64,000 nucleotides of DNA from Candidatus Yonathbacteria bacterium. Its GTDB lineage: Bacteria > Patescibacteriota > Minisyncoccia > Phycocordibacterales > JACNGX01. The stretch spans positions 101,167 to 165,166 of the forward strand of contig JAAXWR010000003.1 of the NCBI GenBank assembly GCA_013334825.1. Direction: 5' to 3'. Of the stretch, positions 9,083-18,686 are shown in pieces (the first letter of the stretch is position 1; each line of letters opens with the position of its first letter). The notes under the pieces are model-generated. The model was not told the DNA's origin, did not search any database, and was given only the letters and a program-made list of their open reading frames with translations. The translations under genes and the position numbers were made by a program.

Positions 9083-11302
9083 TTATCGTCCTCCAAACCG
9101 TCGGCGATGTTCTTCGGGGGATAGTCCGCCATAGCGTGGACCGTTACCGCTCGCATGGTCATGTCCTTGTGATGGGCCAGAAGGTTGCACACCTTTTCGT
9201 GTTGCATAATCAGGGTCCGCTTGTTTCAGTGACAGACGGAGTTTATTCGGATCATCAGACTCTTTAACGACGACCGGAATCATATCACCCTCTTTCACGA
9301 CATCAGCGACATTCGCGATACGAAACGGTGCGAGTTCTGATACGTGCACCAATCCTTCCGTGAATGCATTGATTTTTACCAATGCGCCAAATTCAAAGAG
9401 TTTAATCACTGTTCCCTCAAAACGTTCACCAGGAAGATATTCGCGTGTCATGTCGTGGATGATCTGTTGTGCTTTTTCTGCTGTGCCGTTCTTACCAGTG
9501 ATAAAGATCGTGCCATCATCTTCGATGTCGATTTCTTCTACACCACTATCGAGTCGTATTTTCTTTATTGTTTTCCCTGATGGTCCAATAACTTGACCAA
9601 TCTGGTCTTCAAGAACACGCATGCGAATGATACTTGGTGCGGATGCCGGGAGTGTCGCTCGTGGCGCGGGAATTGCATCCGTAATGACCTTGAGAATATG
9701 AAGCCTCGCGTCTTTTGCGCGCGCGAGTGCTTCTGTGAGTATTGCAACAGGGATACCGTCAACCTTTACGTCCATTTGAATCGCGGTAACACCCTCTGTG
9801 GTTCCTGCAACTTTAAAGTCCATATCACCATGATGATCTTCAGGACCTTGAATATCGGTGAGCACTTTATAACGAGACATATCGGACGGGTCAGACATAA
9901 GTCCAATGGCGATGCCCGCGACAGGTCTTTTAATGGGGACACCTGCATCCATGAGCGCAAGCGTTGAACCACAAACTGATGCCATGGAAGTAGAACCATT
10001 GGATGCGAGAGATTCAGAGACGATGCGAATCGTATATGGGAATGTATCTGTGTCGGGAATGACATACGAAAGTGCTTTTTCCGCGAGCGCACCATGACCA
10101 ATCATGCGACGGTTGGTACCACCCATGCGTCCTGTTTCTCCGCTTGAATAGGGAGGAAAATTGTAATGATGCATGAAACGTTTGCTCCCCTCTTGCTCTT
10201 CCATGGTATCTACAAGTTGCGCGTCTTTGGGACCACCCAAGGTAAGCGCGGAAAGCACATGTGTTCCGCCACGATAAAAGATACCTGTGCCGTGAATGGA
10301 AGGAGCAAATCCTCCTGCTTGTGCAAAAAGTGGACGCACTTCATCGAATGCACGGTTATCGGGACGCTTATTATCTTCAAGAGCACCGCGATGAAGTTCT
10401 TTGTCCGTTGCGTCTTCATAGTATGCGTCCGCGAGCGTACGAGGTTCATCGGGGAGATGTTCAGCAACAACTGCCGTCCACTCATCTTTGAGTGTATAAA
10501 TACCATCCTTCCCTGCCTTGCCGGTAAAGACTGCGAGAGAAAGTTTTGGCGCAATACGTTCAGCAAAAAGTGTTTTTCCTGCTTCGGATAATGAGGCAAG
10601 AGAAAGAACTGCTTTTTCTTTGCCGATTGTTGCAATGATATCTGTTTGAAATGCTTGAAGATGTTCGATTTCTTTTGTCGCGCGCGCGAGTGAGGAAGTG
10701 ACAATGTCTTCATGCGCCTCTGCTCCTCCCGCTTCGATCATATTGATATTGCCGTTCTTGCCACATACCGTAAGCTCAAGAAGCGCGCCTGTACGATCGG
10801 TATAGGACGGGTTGACGAGCGTGTCACTCTCGACATTTTTTTGAACAAGACGTACGGCAGATACGGGACCATGCCACGGAATACGTGAAGTCGCGAGAGC
10901 AAGTGACGCGGCGTTTACCGCAAGAATGTCGGGGTCAATGTCACCAAGTGAAAGTGTTGTGATGACAACTTGTACTTCATTGCGGATACGTTGATCAAAA
11001 AGTGGGCGAATGGTGCGATCCACGATACGTCCCGAGAGAATGGCATTGTCAGAAGGTTTTCCTTCACGACGCATGAAACGGCTTCCCAAGATTTCTCCTG
11101 CCGCGTAAAAACGTTCTTCATAATCAACGGTGAGTGGAAAAAAATCACCATCGCGTACGTTACTGGACATGACCGCGGTCGCAAGGACGACAGTGTCGCC
11201 ATAACGCAAGATAACAGAACCATCAGTTTGTTCGGCAAGATCAGAGAACTCAGCAATAAGTTTTTTTCCACCGATCTCTGTTTCAAATGTACGTGTGTGC
11301 AT
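9083..11302 (-). CDS. pnp: Polyribonucleotide nucleotidyltransferase (PNPase)
   Basis: FFPLTVDYEER, FMHHYNFPPYS, SNGSTSMASVC, GDMDFKVAG, KH and S1 domains. Confidence 0.98.
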   Translation of the reverse strand: MHTRTFETEIGGKKLIAEFSDLAEQTDGSVILRYGDTVVLATAVMSSNVRDGDFFPLTVDYEERFYAAGEILGSRFMRREGKPSDNAILSGRIVDRTIRPLFDQRIRNEVQVVITTLSLGDIDPDILAVNAASLALATSRIPWHGPVSAVRLVQKNVESDTLVNPSYTDRTGALLELTVCGKNGNINMIEAGGAEAHEDIVTSSLARATKEIEHLQAFQTDIIATIGKEKAVLSLASLSEAGKTLFAERIAPKLSLAVFTGKAGKDGIYTLKDEWTAVVAEHLPDEPRTLADAYYEDATDKELHRGALEDNKRPDNRAFDEVRPLFAQAGGFAPSIHGTGIFYRGGTHVLSALTLGGPKDAQLVDTMEEQEGSKRFMHHYNFPPYSSGETGRMGGTNRRMIGHGALAEKALSYVIPDTDTFPYTIRIVSESLASNGSTSMASVCGSTLALMDAGVPIKRPVAGIAIGLMSDPSDMSRYKVLTDIQGPEDHHGDMDFKVAGTTEGVTAIQMDVKVDGIPVAILTEALARAKDARLHILKVITDAIPAPRATLPASAPSIIRMRVLEDQIGQVIGPSGKTIKKIRLDSGVEEIDIEDDGTIFITGKNGTAEKAQQIIHDMTREYLPGERFEGTVIKLFEFGALVKINAFTEGLVHVSELAPFRIANVADVVKEGDMIPVVVKESDDPNKLRLSLKQADPDYATRKGVQPSGPSQGHDHASGNGPRYGGLSPEEHRRRFGGR

Positions 11303-11662
11303 AGCATATGTCCCCTTGTCGACACATGACGGCGTTGAAAGATTTCAGTGCCGAGTATGTGGCGACGAGAGAGAAAATAGTAAATGATAAACTAAAAACG
11401 ATATAAACAAAAAACTATAAACGATAAACTTTTTATAATTAACGATATAGGACCGACTTTAAACGAGTAAATATTGATAACGCATGTCGTGGCGCGGCGC
11501 TTCGCGCCGCGCCTCCATATACAACACCCCAAGTATACCCCGCCAAAGCAGTACTATGAAAGCCCTTGATTTTTTTCTATTATCTGCTATAATATACGAG
11601 TAATGTACCTCTTTAACAAATGACCGCTAAAAAAGCGGTCGCAAAAGATAAAAGGAAAAACA

Positions 11663-12325
11663 ATGAAAAAACTTTTTATGATTTTGGTGGCCGTCATCGG
11701 CCTTGGTTTTGCTAACTCCGCCTCGGCTGAACCCGTGTCTGGTAGCCTTGGCTACCAGCATGATTATATCAGTGGCAAAAACAAGGTCTTTGAGGGTGCC
11801 CTTGTTGTGGGTTCTGCCAGCGTCCCTCTCGGCAACGGGTTCTCGGTGAACCATTGGTTCGCCTATGATCCCGACGGGAAAAAGTTTTTCGAGAGGGACT
11901 GGTCCCTCGTGAAAAAACTTTCGGCATTCGACGCGAAGGTTACAGGGTCAGCGTCGCTGAACTTGTACAACTTCGGCGCAGGGTACGGCGACCTTGCAGA
12001 GCAGGGTGACGCCGCCTCAATTGAGGCAAATGCGTCCGTTCCCGTCGCCGAAGGGGTTTCCCTTTTTGGCGGTGCGGAGAGCATCACCATCATCTCGGCT
12101 GACGGAGACTTCACCACCGCATATGCGGGAGTGAAGTTGCAGAAGGGCGGGTTCTACCTGAAACCGCGGTTGCAGGTGCAGACCAACGACAGCCCGTATG
12201 GACGTATTGACGTTGGAGGATCGATCGACGTCGGTAACGGCATTACGTTTGACCCAGCAGCCAAGGTTGTCGTGGCTGAGGACCGCAAGCCGAATTTTCA
12301 GGTTGCGGTTGAAGTTCCTTTTTGA
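11663..12325 (+). CDS. Secreted beta-strand-rich protein, outer-membrane beta-barrel-like
   Basis: Sec signal peptide (..ASA-EP), alternating amphipathic strands, terminal VAVEVPF; AAGGA SD and terminator. Confidence 0.65.
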   Translation: MKKLFMILVAVIGLGFANSASAEPVSGSLGYQHDYISGKNKVFEGALVVGSASVPLGNGFSVNHWFAYDPDGKKFFERDWSLVKKLSAFDAKVTGSASLNLYNFGAGYGDLAEQGDAASIEANASVPVAEGVSLFGGAESITIISADGDFTTAYAGVKLQKGGFYLKPRLQVQTNDSPYGRIDVGGSIDVGNGITFDPAAKVVVAEDRKPNFQVAVEVPF

Positions 12326-12526
12326 AGGAATCCATGCCGGCGCGTAACAGCGCCGGTTTTTGTTTTCTGATGTTTCTTTTATAGATATATGTTTGTTCTT
12401 TTAAACATCGAGGACATGTCTTTTCCGATTTGAGTTTATGTTCGTTTCTCTTGCATGTTATTCCTTTTTCGTATATTCTCCCCAAGAGGTGTTTTTTGAT
12501 GATAATGATAAATAAAAAGAATACAC

Positions 12527-12907
12527 ATGAAAAGATACGCATATATGTATTTGTCCCCTGAGAAACTATTGCCTGATGGAGCAAGTACAGTGAGGGGGTG
12601 TGTAGATATGAAAAGATACATACGCTTTCGTGACTTCACGGAGTGTTATGTTTATCAGAGAGATGAAAATAGGCAGAGAAACTTTGTCTGCCCGAGCTCG
12701 GAATGTTCCATCAAAAGAAAGACGGATCCGTATTTTCGTAAACGTATCCTTTCCCTCTGGCGTCCGATTACTGGGGGAGAAGGATTCGTTGCGGTGATGT
12801 GTCAAAACTGTGGCATGATTGTTGAATGGAAACGATCCACGGTGTTTGAGACGGTGAAAACATTTATCCCCAAAGGGAAAAAGATGTTTCGCCTTCCGCC
12901 TCTTTGA
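12527..12907 (+). CDS. Hypothetical protein with possible Zn-binding Cys pairs
   Basis: CPSSEC and CQNC; followed by terminator hairpin; start uncertain. Confidence 0.55.
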   Translation: MKRYAYMYLSPEKLLPDGASTVRGCVDMKRYIRFRDFTECYVYQRDENRQRNFVCPSSECSIKRKTDPYFRKRILSLWRPITGGEGFVAVMCQNCGMIVEWKRSTVFETVKTFIPKGKKMFRLPPL

Positions 12908-13013
12908 AGGAAATAATATAAACGGCCTCGTGCCGTTTTTTGTTGAGACACAAATATATTTAATTGTTTAGAAAGAAAACTAAAAGCGACCCAGGGGTCG
13001 CTTTAAACGTATC

Positions 13014-13526
13014 TCACTTTTTTCTCGTTCCGATGAGATACTTTTTCGGTTCTTTATCCATGTCGAGAAAATCATCTGCTGCTTCTTTGAGCTTCCCTGA
13101 TGCCGAGCGGCCAAATGCCGCTACTTCTACTTGGCAATTGTTTTTAAGATATTCAACAAGTGGCACAAAGTCACCATCGCCCGAAACGAGAACAATAGCA
13201 TCGAGTTTTGGCGCGAGACGAATAGCGTCTACGGCAATGCCGACATCCCAGTCCCCTTTTTTTGCCCCGCCATAAAAGATTTGTAAATCTTTGGTACGAG
13301 CTTCGATACCGAGTTTAACAAGAGCATCGAGAAATGTTTTTTCTTCGCCCGACTCTGTGGTGATGGCGTACGCGATGGCACGGACGATTTGACGTCCGCC
13401 GACAATTTCGCGCATGAGCGCTTCAAAGTTTACATTTGCTTTATACAAATGCTTGGCGCTGTGATAGAGGTTTTGTGCGTCAATGAAAATACCAACGCGT
13501 TGTTGTCTGTGTTTGATGATAGACAT
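13014..13526 (-). CDS. NYN domain (LabA/DUF88) PIN-like nuclease
   Basis: IFIDAQN, KKGDWDV, LVSGDGDFVPL. Confidence 0.92.
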   Translation of the reverse strand: MSIIKHRQQRVGIFIDAQNLYHSAKHLYKANVNFEALMREIVGGRQIVRAIAYAITTESGEEKTFLDALVKLGIEARTKDLQIFYGGAKKGDWDVGIAVDAIRLAPKLDAIVLVSGDGDFVPLVEYLKNNCQVEVAAFGRSASGKLKEAADDFLDMDKEPKKYLIGTRKK

Positions 13527-13827
13527 AATGATAGGAGGTTAGTATGTTAGGAGATTAGGAAATTAGTATACGAGAAAGTTATGAGGTTAGTATAGAAAGT
13601 TACAAAGACCTGGCGTGCGACAACTTGCGCACGGTAGAGAAAAAAGAAATCAAGAAAAAAACGTGAAAAAAGTAAAAATAAAAAGTGGGTACCCTTTTAC
13701 AACTATATGTTACTTTCAATGAACGTATATACAGTATACCATCTTTTTGGTGTCTTCTTGTGCACACCCTGAATGCAAATGCAAACAACGCCTTGCGGCG
13801 TCGATGCAGAATTGAGGCGATTATCGC

Positions 13828-14097
13828 CTATTCGGACTTGAGACCGAGTTCTTTGACAACTTTCGCGTACTGTTTCGCGTCACTCTTTTTGAGGTATTTT
13901 AGGTGTACACGACGATCGGCAACCATCTGAAGGAGGCCTCTGCGAGAGTGATTGTCCTTTTGGTTTTTCTTGAGGTGAGTAGCAAGTTCATCAATACGCT
14001 TGCTCAAAATGCCAATTTGGACCCCCGCGGAACCGGTGTCTTTATCATGAATTTGGGTTTTGGCGATAATATTGGCCTTTTTCTTTACTGTTAGCAT
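13828..14097 (-). CDS. rpsO: 30S ribosomal protein S15
   Basis: DTGSAGVQI, HLKKNQKDNHSRRGLLQMV; 89 aa from MLTVKKK. Confidence 0.96.
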   Translation of the reverse strand: MLTVKKKANIIAKTQIHDKDTGSAGVQIGILSKRIDELATHLKKNQKDNHSRRGLLQMVADRRVHLKYLKKSDAKQYAKVVKELGLKSE

Positions 14098-14190
14098 GGA
14101 AAGAGCATACCATAGACGGACGATATGTGCAAGCGCTTGAATAAGCTTATAGGGTATAGGAAATAGGTGAGAAGTGAGAGGGGTGAACAC

Positions 14191-14310
14191 TCGAATCAAG
14201 CGTGCCCTGTACCCTACGTGGTGCAGGGAATCACGAAGCACGAATCAAGAATTAAGGGTTACGAAGTACGAACTTATACGAACATACGAAACGGGACGGG
14301 GATTAAGAAA
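14191..14310. repeat. Composite intergenic repeat, related copy at ~52574-52762
   Basis: Shared TCGAATCAAGCGTGCCCTG..CCTAC..GTGCAGGGAATCACGAAGCACGAATCAAGAA and GGGTTACGAAGTACGAA..ACATACGAAACGGGACGGG. Confidence 0.8.
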
Positions 14311-14540
14311 TATGAACATATGAATAACGAATATGTACGCCTGCCCCGCACCCTACGTGGCGTGCTGTGCATCCTACGTGGTGCATGGTGCTGGGGAATA
14401 TACGAAATGGGACGTGAATTATGAAATATGAAATTAGAAATATGAAGAAGAAAACTATAAAATAAAAAAGAAAAGAAATCATATGCGCATGTTCGTATAA
14501 GTTCGTACTTCGTAACCAATCTTCATGTTACAATACTCTT

Positions 14541-15458
14541 ATGTCGCACAATATTGACGAACAGGTTACGCGCTTTCTTGAGTATATAGAGATTGAGCGT
14601 GGACGGAGTTTAAAAACGGTTGCCAACTATGACCGCTATCTTCGTCGCTTTGTCGCATTCTCTGGCATTTCTTCTCCCGCAGATATCACTGATGAAACAG
14701 TGCGTCGTTTTCGTTTATGGCTTAATAAACAAGAAGTGCATGATGGTGGCACGATGAAAAAGAAAACACAAAATTACTATCTCATTGCGCTCCGAAGTTT
14801 TCTCAAGTACTTGGCGAAACAAGGAATTAGTTCTCTTGCGCCTGAACGTATTGAACTTGCGTCTGTTGGGGCACGGGACCTTGATCTTATTTCATCGCAA
14901 GAACTTGAGCGATTGCTCACTGCTCCTGATGGAGATTCTCTCACTGCACTCCGTGACCGAGCGATACTCGAACTTTTTTTCTCGACAGGACTGCGCGTAT
15001 CGGAACTCGCATCTCTTTCGCGAGATATTGATATTGAAAAAGACGAATTTTCCGTGCGTGGTAAAGGTGAAAAAATCCGTGTCGTTTTCGTCTCCCCTTC
15101 TGCCCGTAGTGCGGTAAAGCAATATCTCAAAGCGCGCAAAGATTTGGATGATGCGCTGTTTGTCCAACTTGGTCCACGTGCAAAAACAGCTGAAGAAATG
15201 CGTCTTACATCACGGAGTATTGAGCGCATTGTGAAGCACTACGCTATCAAAGCAGGTATTTCACGTAAGGTTACCCCGCACATTATTCGGCACTCTTTCG
15301 CGACAGATCTTCTTCGTAATGGAGCTGACCTGCGGAGTGTGCAAGCAATGCTTGGTCACGCCAACATTCAAACAACACAAGTATATACGCACGTGACTGA
15401 CAAACAACTGCGCGAGATACATAAAGCATTTCACGGAACTGCGCGGAAGAAACGCTGA
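14541..15458 (+). CDS. xerC: XerC/XerD-family tyrosine recombinase
   Basis: RDRAILELFFSTGLRVSEL, TPHIIRHSFATDLL, MLGHANIQTTQVYTH; XerC versus XerD not resolvable. Confidence 0.9.
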   Translation: MSHNIDEQVTRFLEYIEIERGRSLKTVANYDRYLRRFVAFSGISSPADITDETVRRFRLWLNKQEVHDGGTMKKKTQNYYLIALRSFLKYLAKQGISSLAPERIELASVGARDLDLISSQELERLLTAPDGDSLTALRDRAILELFFSTGLRVSELASLSRDIDIEKDEFSVRGKGEKIRVVFVSPSARSAVKQYLKARKDLDDALFVQLGPRAKTAEEMRLTSRSIERIVKHYAIKAGISRKVTPHIIRHSFATDLLRNGADLRSVQAMLGHANIQTTQVYTHVTDKQLREIHKAFHGTARKKR

Positions 15459-15616
15459 ATAGACGTGGCCATGCGCCATGTAGGGTGCATAGTGAAAACG
15501 TCGCGGAACTTTGGAGATTTATGTTGTTCCTTGTTCACAAGAAATATATGCGTTGACAATAAGTAGTGGTATGTATATGCTGACAAAAAGTTCCTGAAAC
15601 ATTAAAGAGAAAACGT

Positions 15617-15874
15617 ATGCCTATCTTAACATTGGAAAAAGATGGAAGTATCCGGGAACATGGTCTGGGTACAATGGGCGGTATTGTAATGCCTGAAAGA
15701 CCAACTCTTGAGAATGCACAATTTTTCTGTCTTCATCTTGAAAAAGTTCAGTTTGCTGTTTATGTCACGTGCGATACATACCTGCAAACGACGGTCTTAA
15801 AAGGTGGACATGTAACTCCATTTTATATGTATCTCAATGAACATTTTCCCGGTTGGAAACTCAAAGCGACATGA
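15617..15874 (+). CDS. Hypothetical protein
   Basis: 85-aa ORF preceded by TTGACA..TATGCT promoter-like sequence. Confidence 0.55.
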   Translation: MPILTLEKDGSIREHGLGTMGGIVMPERPTLENAQFFCLHLEKVQFAVYVTCDTYLQTTVLKGGHVTPFYMYLNEHFPGWKLKAT

Positions 15875-15959
15875 TGTCGCTTTTTTTATTGACATACAGG
15901 ACATCTCCGTGTATGGTGATATTCGAAATCGTATCCAAAAACCTCAAGACGATATACAT

Positions 15960-16232
15960 ATGCAACTCGTCTTTTATGTCAATGCATCGGAAAGTATCGC
16001 ATATGCTCCATGCGAACTTAAATCTCTGGCTACTGGGAAAATCGCATGTGCTTCTGATATTGTAAATGAGCTGGAAGCATCTCCCAGTATTCTTGTTCTT
16101 TCAGGGTGTATGAATGGAAGAGTTTGCAAAGTGGAGCTTTCAAAGGGAGATGTTTCTCTGTTTAAAGATGTTCTCCAAGAACATTTTCCTGTATGGGCGA
16201 GAATTGTCTTCCCCGAACATATGTGTGTATGA
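15960..16232 (+). CDS. Hypothetical protein (start MQLVFY)
   Basis: Own TTGACA..TGATAT promoter-like sequence upstream; C-terminus loosely resembles previous ORF (EHFPxW). Confidence 0.5.
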   Translation: MQLVFYVNASESIAYAPCELKSLATGKIACASDIVNELEASPSILVLSGCMNGRVCKVELSKGDVSLFKDVLQEHFPVWARIVFPEHMCV

Positions 16233-16267
16233 GCGACTCCGTCGCTCATTTTTGTTACAATAACTGC

Positions 16268-17044
16268 ATGAAACTCATTTCATGGAATGTGAACGGTATC
16301 CGTGCAGTAGAACGTAAAGGATTATTGCGTCCTTTCTTTGCGACACACAATGCGGATATTGTATGTTTTCAAGAGACCAAAGCGCGACCAGAGCAAATCA
16401 TGGATGAGGTTGGAGTGATTGACGGATATTATGCGTATTTCAATGCACCACGTGAAAAGAATGGATATAGTGGCGTTGCGGTGTATGCAACACGTGAACC
16501 AGTGTCCGTGTGGTACGGTATGGGTGACGAACGATACGATACGGAAGGACGTCTGATTGGTGCGGACTTCGGTGATTTTGTATTGTTTAATGTGTATTTT
16601 CCAAACGGTGGCGGTGGACCAGAACGACTTGCGTATAAACTCGCATTTTATGATGCATTTCTCTCCCACGTGGAAATGTGGCGCAAGAAAAATCCACGCA
16701 TTATCATTTGTGGAGACATAAATACCGCACATGAAGCAATCGATCTCGCACGACCAAAAGAAAATGAAAAGAACACAGGCTTTCTTCCTGAGGAACGCGC
16801 ATGGATTGATGAGCTTATGAGTGCTGGGTATGCAGACACGTTTCGTCATGTACATGCGAGCAAAACAGGAGCGTATACCTATTGGGACATGAAGACACGC
16901 TCCCGTGACCGCAATGTTGGTTGGCGACTGGACTATTTTTTTGTGTCCCTTGCTTTTTTGCCGGCACTTCGTCGGGCATGGATGCTTTCTGATGTGTTTG
17001 GTTCTGACCACTGCCCCATTGCCATTGAGCTTGATATTCGCTAG
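16268..17044 (+). CDS. xth: Exodeoxyribonuclease III / AP endonuclease
   Basis: MKLISWNVNGIRA, QETK, GDINTAH, GWRLDYF, SDHCP. Confidence 0.96.
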   Translation: MKLISWNVNGIRAVERKGLLRPFFATHNADIVCFQETKARPEQIMDEVGVIDGYYAYFNAPREKNGYSGVAVYATREPVSVWYGMGDERYDTEGRLIGADFGDFVLFNVYFPNGGGGPERLAYKLAFYDAFLSHVEMWRKKNPRIIICGDINTAHEAIDLARPKENEKNTGFLPEERAWIDELMSAGYADTFRHVHASKTGAYTYWDMKTRSRDRNVGWRLDYFFVSLAFLPALRRAWMLSDVFGSDHCPIAIELDIR

Positions 17045-17141
17045 GATTAAATTATCAGTGTGCGAGTATTTTTTAAACAACATGAACATATAGCATATTG
17101 ATTAGTTACACGATATCTTATTCATATCATTTCATAATGTT

Positions 17142-17894
17142 ATGGAACATTGGAAAGGTCCACATGAATATCCTTCACTCGATACGGCGATTGACGCACG
17201 TACGGAGCGTTTTACATTGTTGTATGGAAAATTGCGCGAACTTCTTTCCGGGCCAGAACTTGGACAGGGAGCAGTATCATTTGGTAGAGATATGGATAGA
17301 TTGGAATGGGAAGCAGACGCGACTATCGAGGACGTGTTGAATGCCGTAGAGGATATGTATAGTCCTAAAGACCCCAAAGGAGTTGCGCTTAAAATTGAGC
17401 TTCTGCGTACTTTTGTGGATGAACTAAAAGTGCGATATGGACATGATCATACTGACGTACGCGCGTATACTCTTTTGGGTAGGGCACGTGCATTTCTTTC
17501 GGGATATATGCCACTTGAATATGAAGGAGAAGACACGCGACAAAGAAAAACAGATGAGCGAGCGGTTTCGCAAGAAGTAAAAGATATCGTGTATGGTTTA
17601 CGAGAAGCGGTAAAAAGTGTACCTGAAGGAGCAGAACTCGGTGAATTGGGTATTTCTCCCGTCGCATTTGAAGCTATGTTGGGAAAGGAATTAGAAGAAA
17701 TGTATGTAAAAGGAACGGTCCATGATTCCACCATGAAGGAAGCGTTGGGAATGTTTATGACTGAAGCAAAAGAACTTGGGAGTGATGAGAACACTGATCC
17801 AGATGGGAGATGGGCAAGCGCTCTTATTGCCGTGGAACATTTTTGTGAGACACATTTCCCAGGAATGATTGTTGATGATGAGGATTTTATATAA
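17142..17894 (+). CDS. Hypothetical acidic helical protein
   Basis: 250-aa ORF, no recognised motif. Confidence 0.75.
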   Translation: MEHWKGPHEYPSLDTAIDARTERFTLLYGKLRELLSGPELGQGAVSFGRDMDRLEWEADATIEDVLNAVEDMYSPKDPKGVALKIELLRTFVDELKVRYGHDHTDVRAYTLLGRARAFLSGYMPLEYEGEDTRQRKTDERAVSQEVKDIVYGLREAVKSVPEGAELGELGISPVAFEAMLGKELEEMYVKGTVHDSTMKEALGMFMTEAKELGSDENTDPDGRWASALIAVEHFCETHFPGMIVDDEDFI

Positions 17895-17962
17895 GTAAAA
17901 AAGTAAAACAGAACATCTTTCCATTTGTTCTACACAGAGTTATTTTTTTAAGGATAATAAAA

Positions 17963-18622
17963 TTAAAATAGGTTTTCCAAATCTTTAAGTCTCAACTCTT
18001 TAAAATTAGAGAAAATATGATTTGCTTCAGTGAAATCTTCTTTTGGATGGTTTTTTGTTATGAGACCGACAGATTTCATTCCAGCACTGTTTGCAGCTTG
18101 AATTCCATTAACGGCATCTTCAATAACAAGACAATTTTCAGGTGATACTCTGAGTTTTTTTGCGGTTTCTAAAAAAATATCAGGATGTGGTTTTTGATTT
18201 TTTACATCCTCAGACGTAACAAGCACATCTAAAAGTCCTAAAACTCCAATAGATTTCAGAAGTTCCTCAGCCCTGTATCGAACACTTGAAGTGGCTACTG
18301 CTATTTTTATTTTTTTATTCTTTGCTTCATTTATTATATTTAAGATCGTAATATCGGGTATCAATCTTTCTGCTAGTATTTTTAATTGATATTGAAAAGC
18401 CTCTTTACTAAATTCCTCCATGTTTAAATCCCTCGGAATTTTAGGATGTTCTTCTTTTATTATCTCCAGTTGGTCTTTCAAAGAACGACCTAAAAACTTT
18501 TTCTTATATTCAGGTTTAAGACTGACACCATATTTTTTTAATACCATATTAAATGATGTAGAGATTGCACCTTCTGACTTTATTAACACGCCGTCCATAT
18601 CAAAAATAATTGCTTCTAGCAT
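17963..18622 (-). CDS. HAD-superfamily phosphatase (beta-PGM/CbbY-like)
   Basis: FDMDGVL, ATSS, KPHPDIF, IEDAVNG; visibly AT-rich. Confidence 0.93.
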   Translation of the reverse strand: MLEAIIFDMDGVLIKSEGAISTSFNMVLKKYGVSLKPEYKKKFLGRSLKDQLEIIKEEHPKIPRDLNMEEFSKEAFQYQLKILAERLIPDITILNIINEAKNKKIKIAVATSSVRYRAEELLKSIGVLGLLDVLVTSEDVKNQKPHPDIFLETAKKLRVSPENCLVIEDAVNGIQAANSAGMKSVGLITKNHPKEDFTEANHIFSNFKELRLKDLENLF

Positions 18623-18686
18623 AGTGATTATATTAAAACGGGTATACTTTTTTCCCCGGTTTTAGTGATAAATTATAAGTTAATTT

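Noticed and set aside
14541-15458. Prophage or integron integrase
   Set aside because: Size and motifs fit housekeeping XerC/D; no phage genes, IntI insertion or attC array nearby
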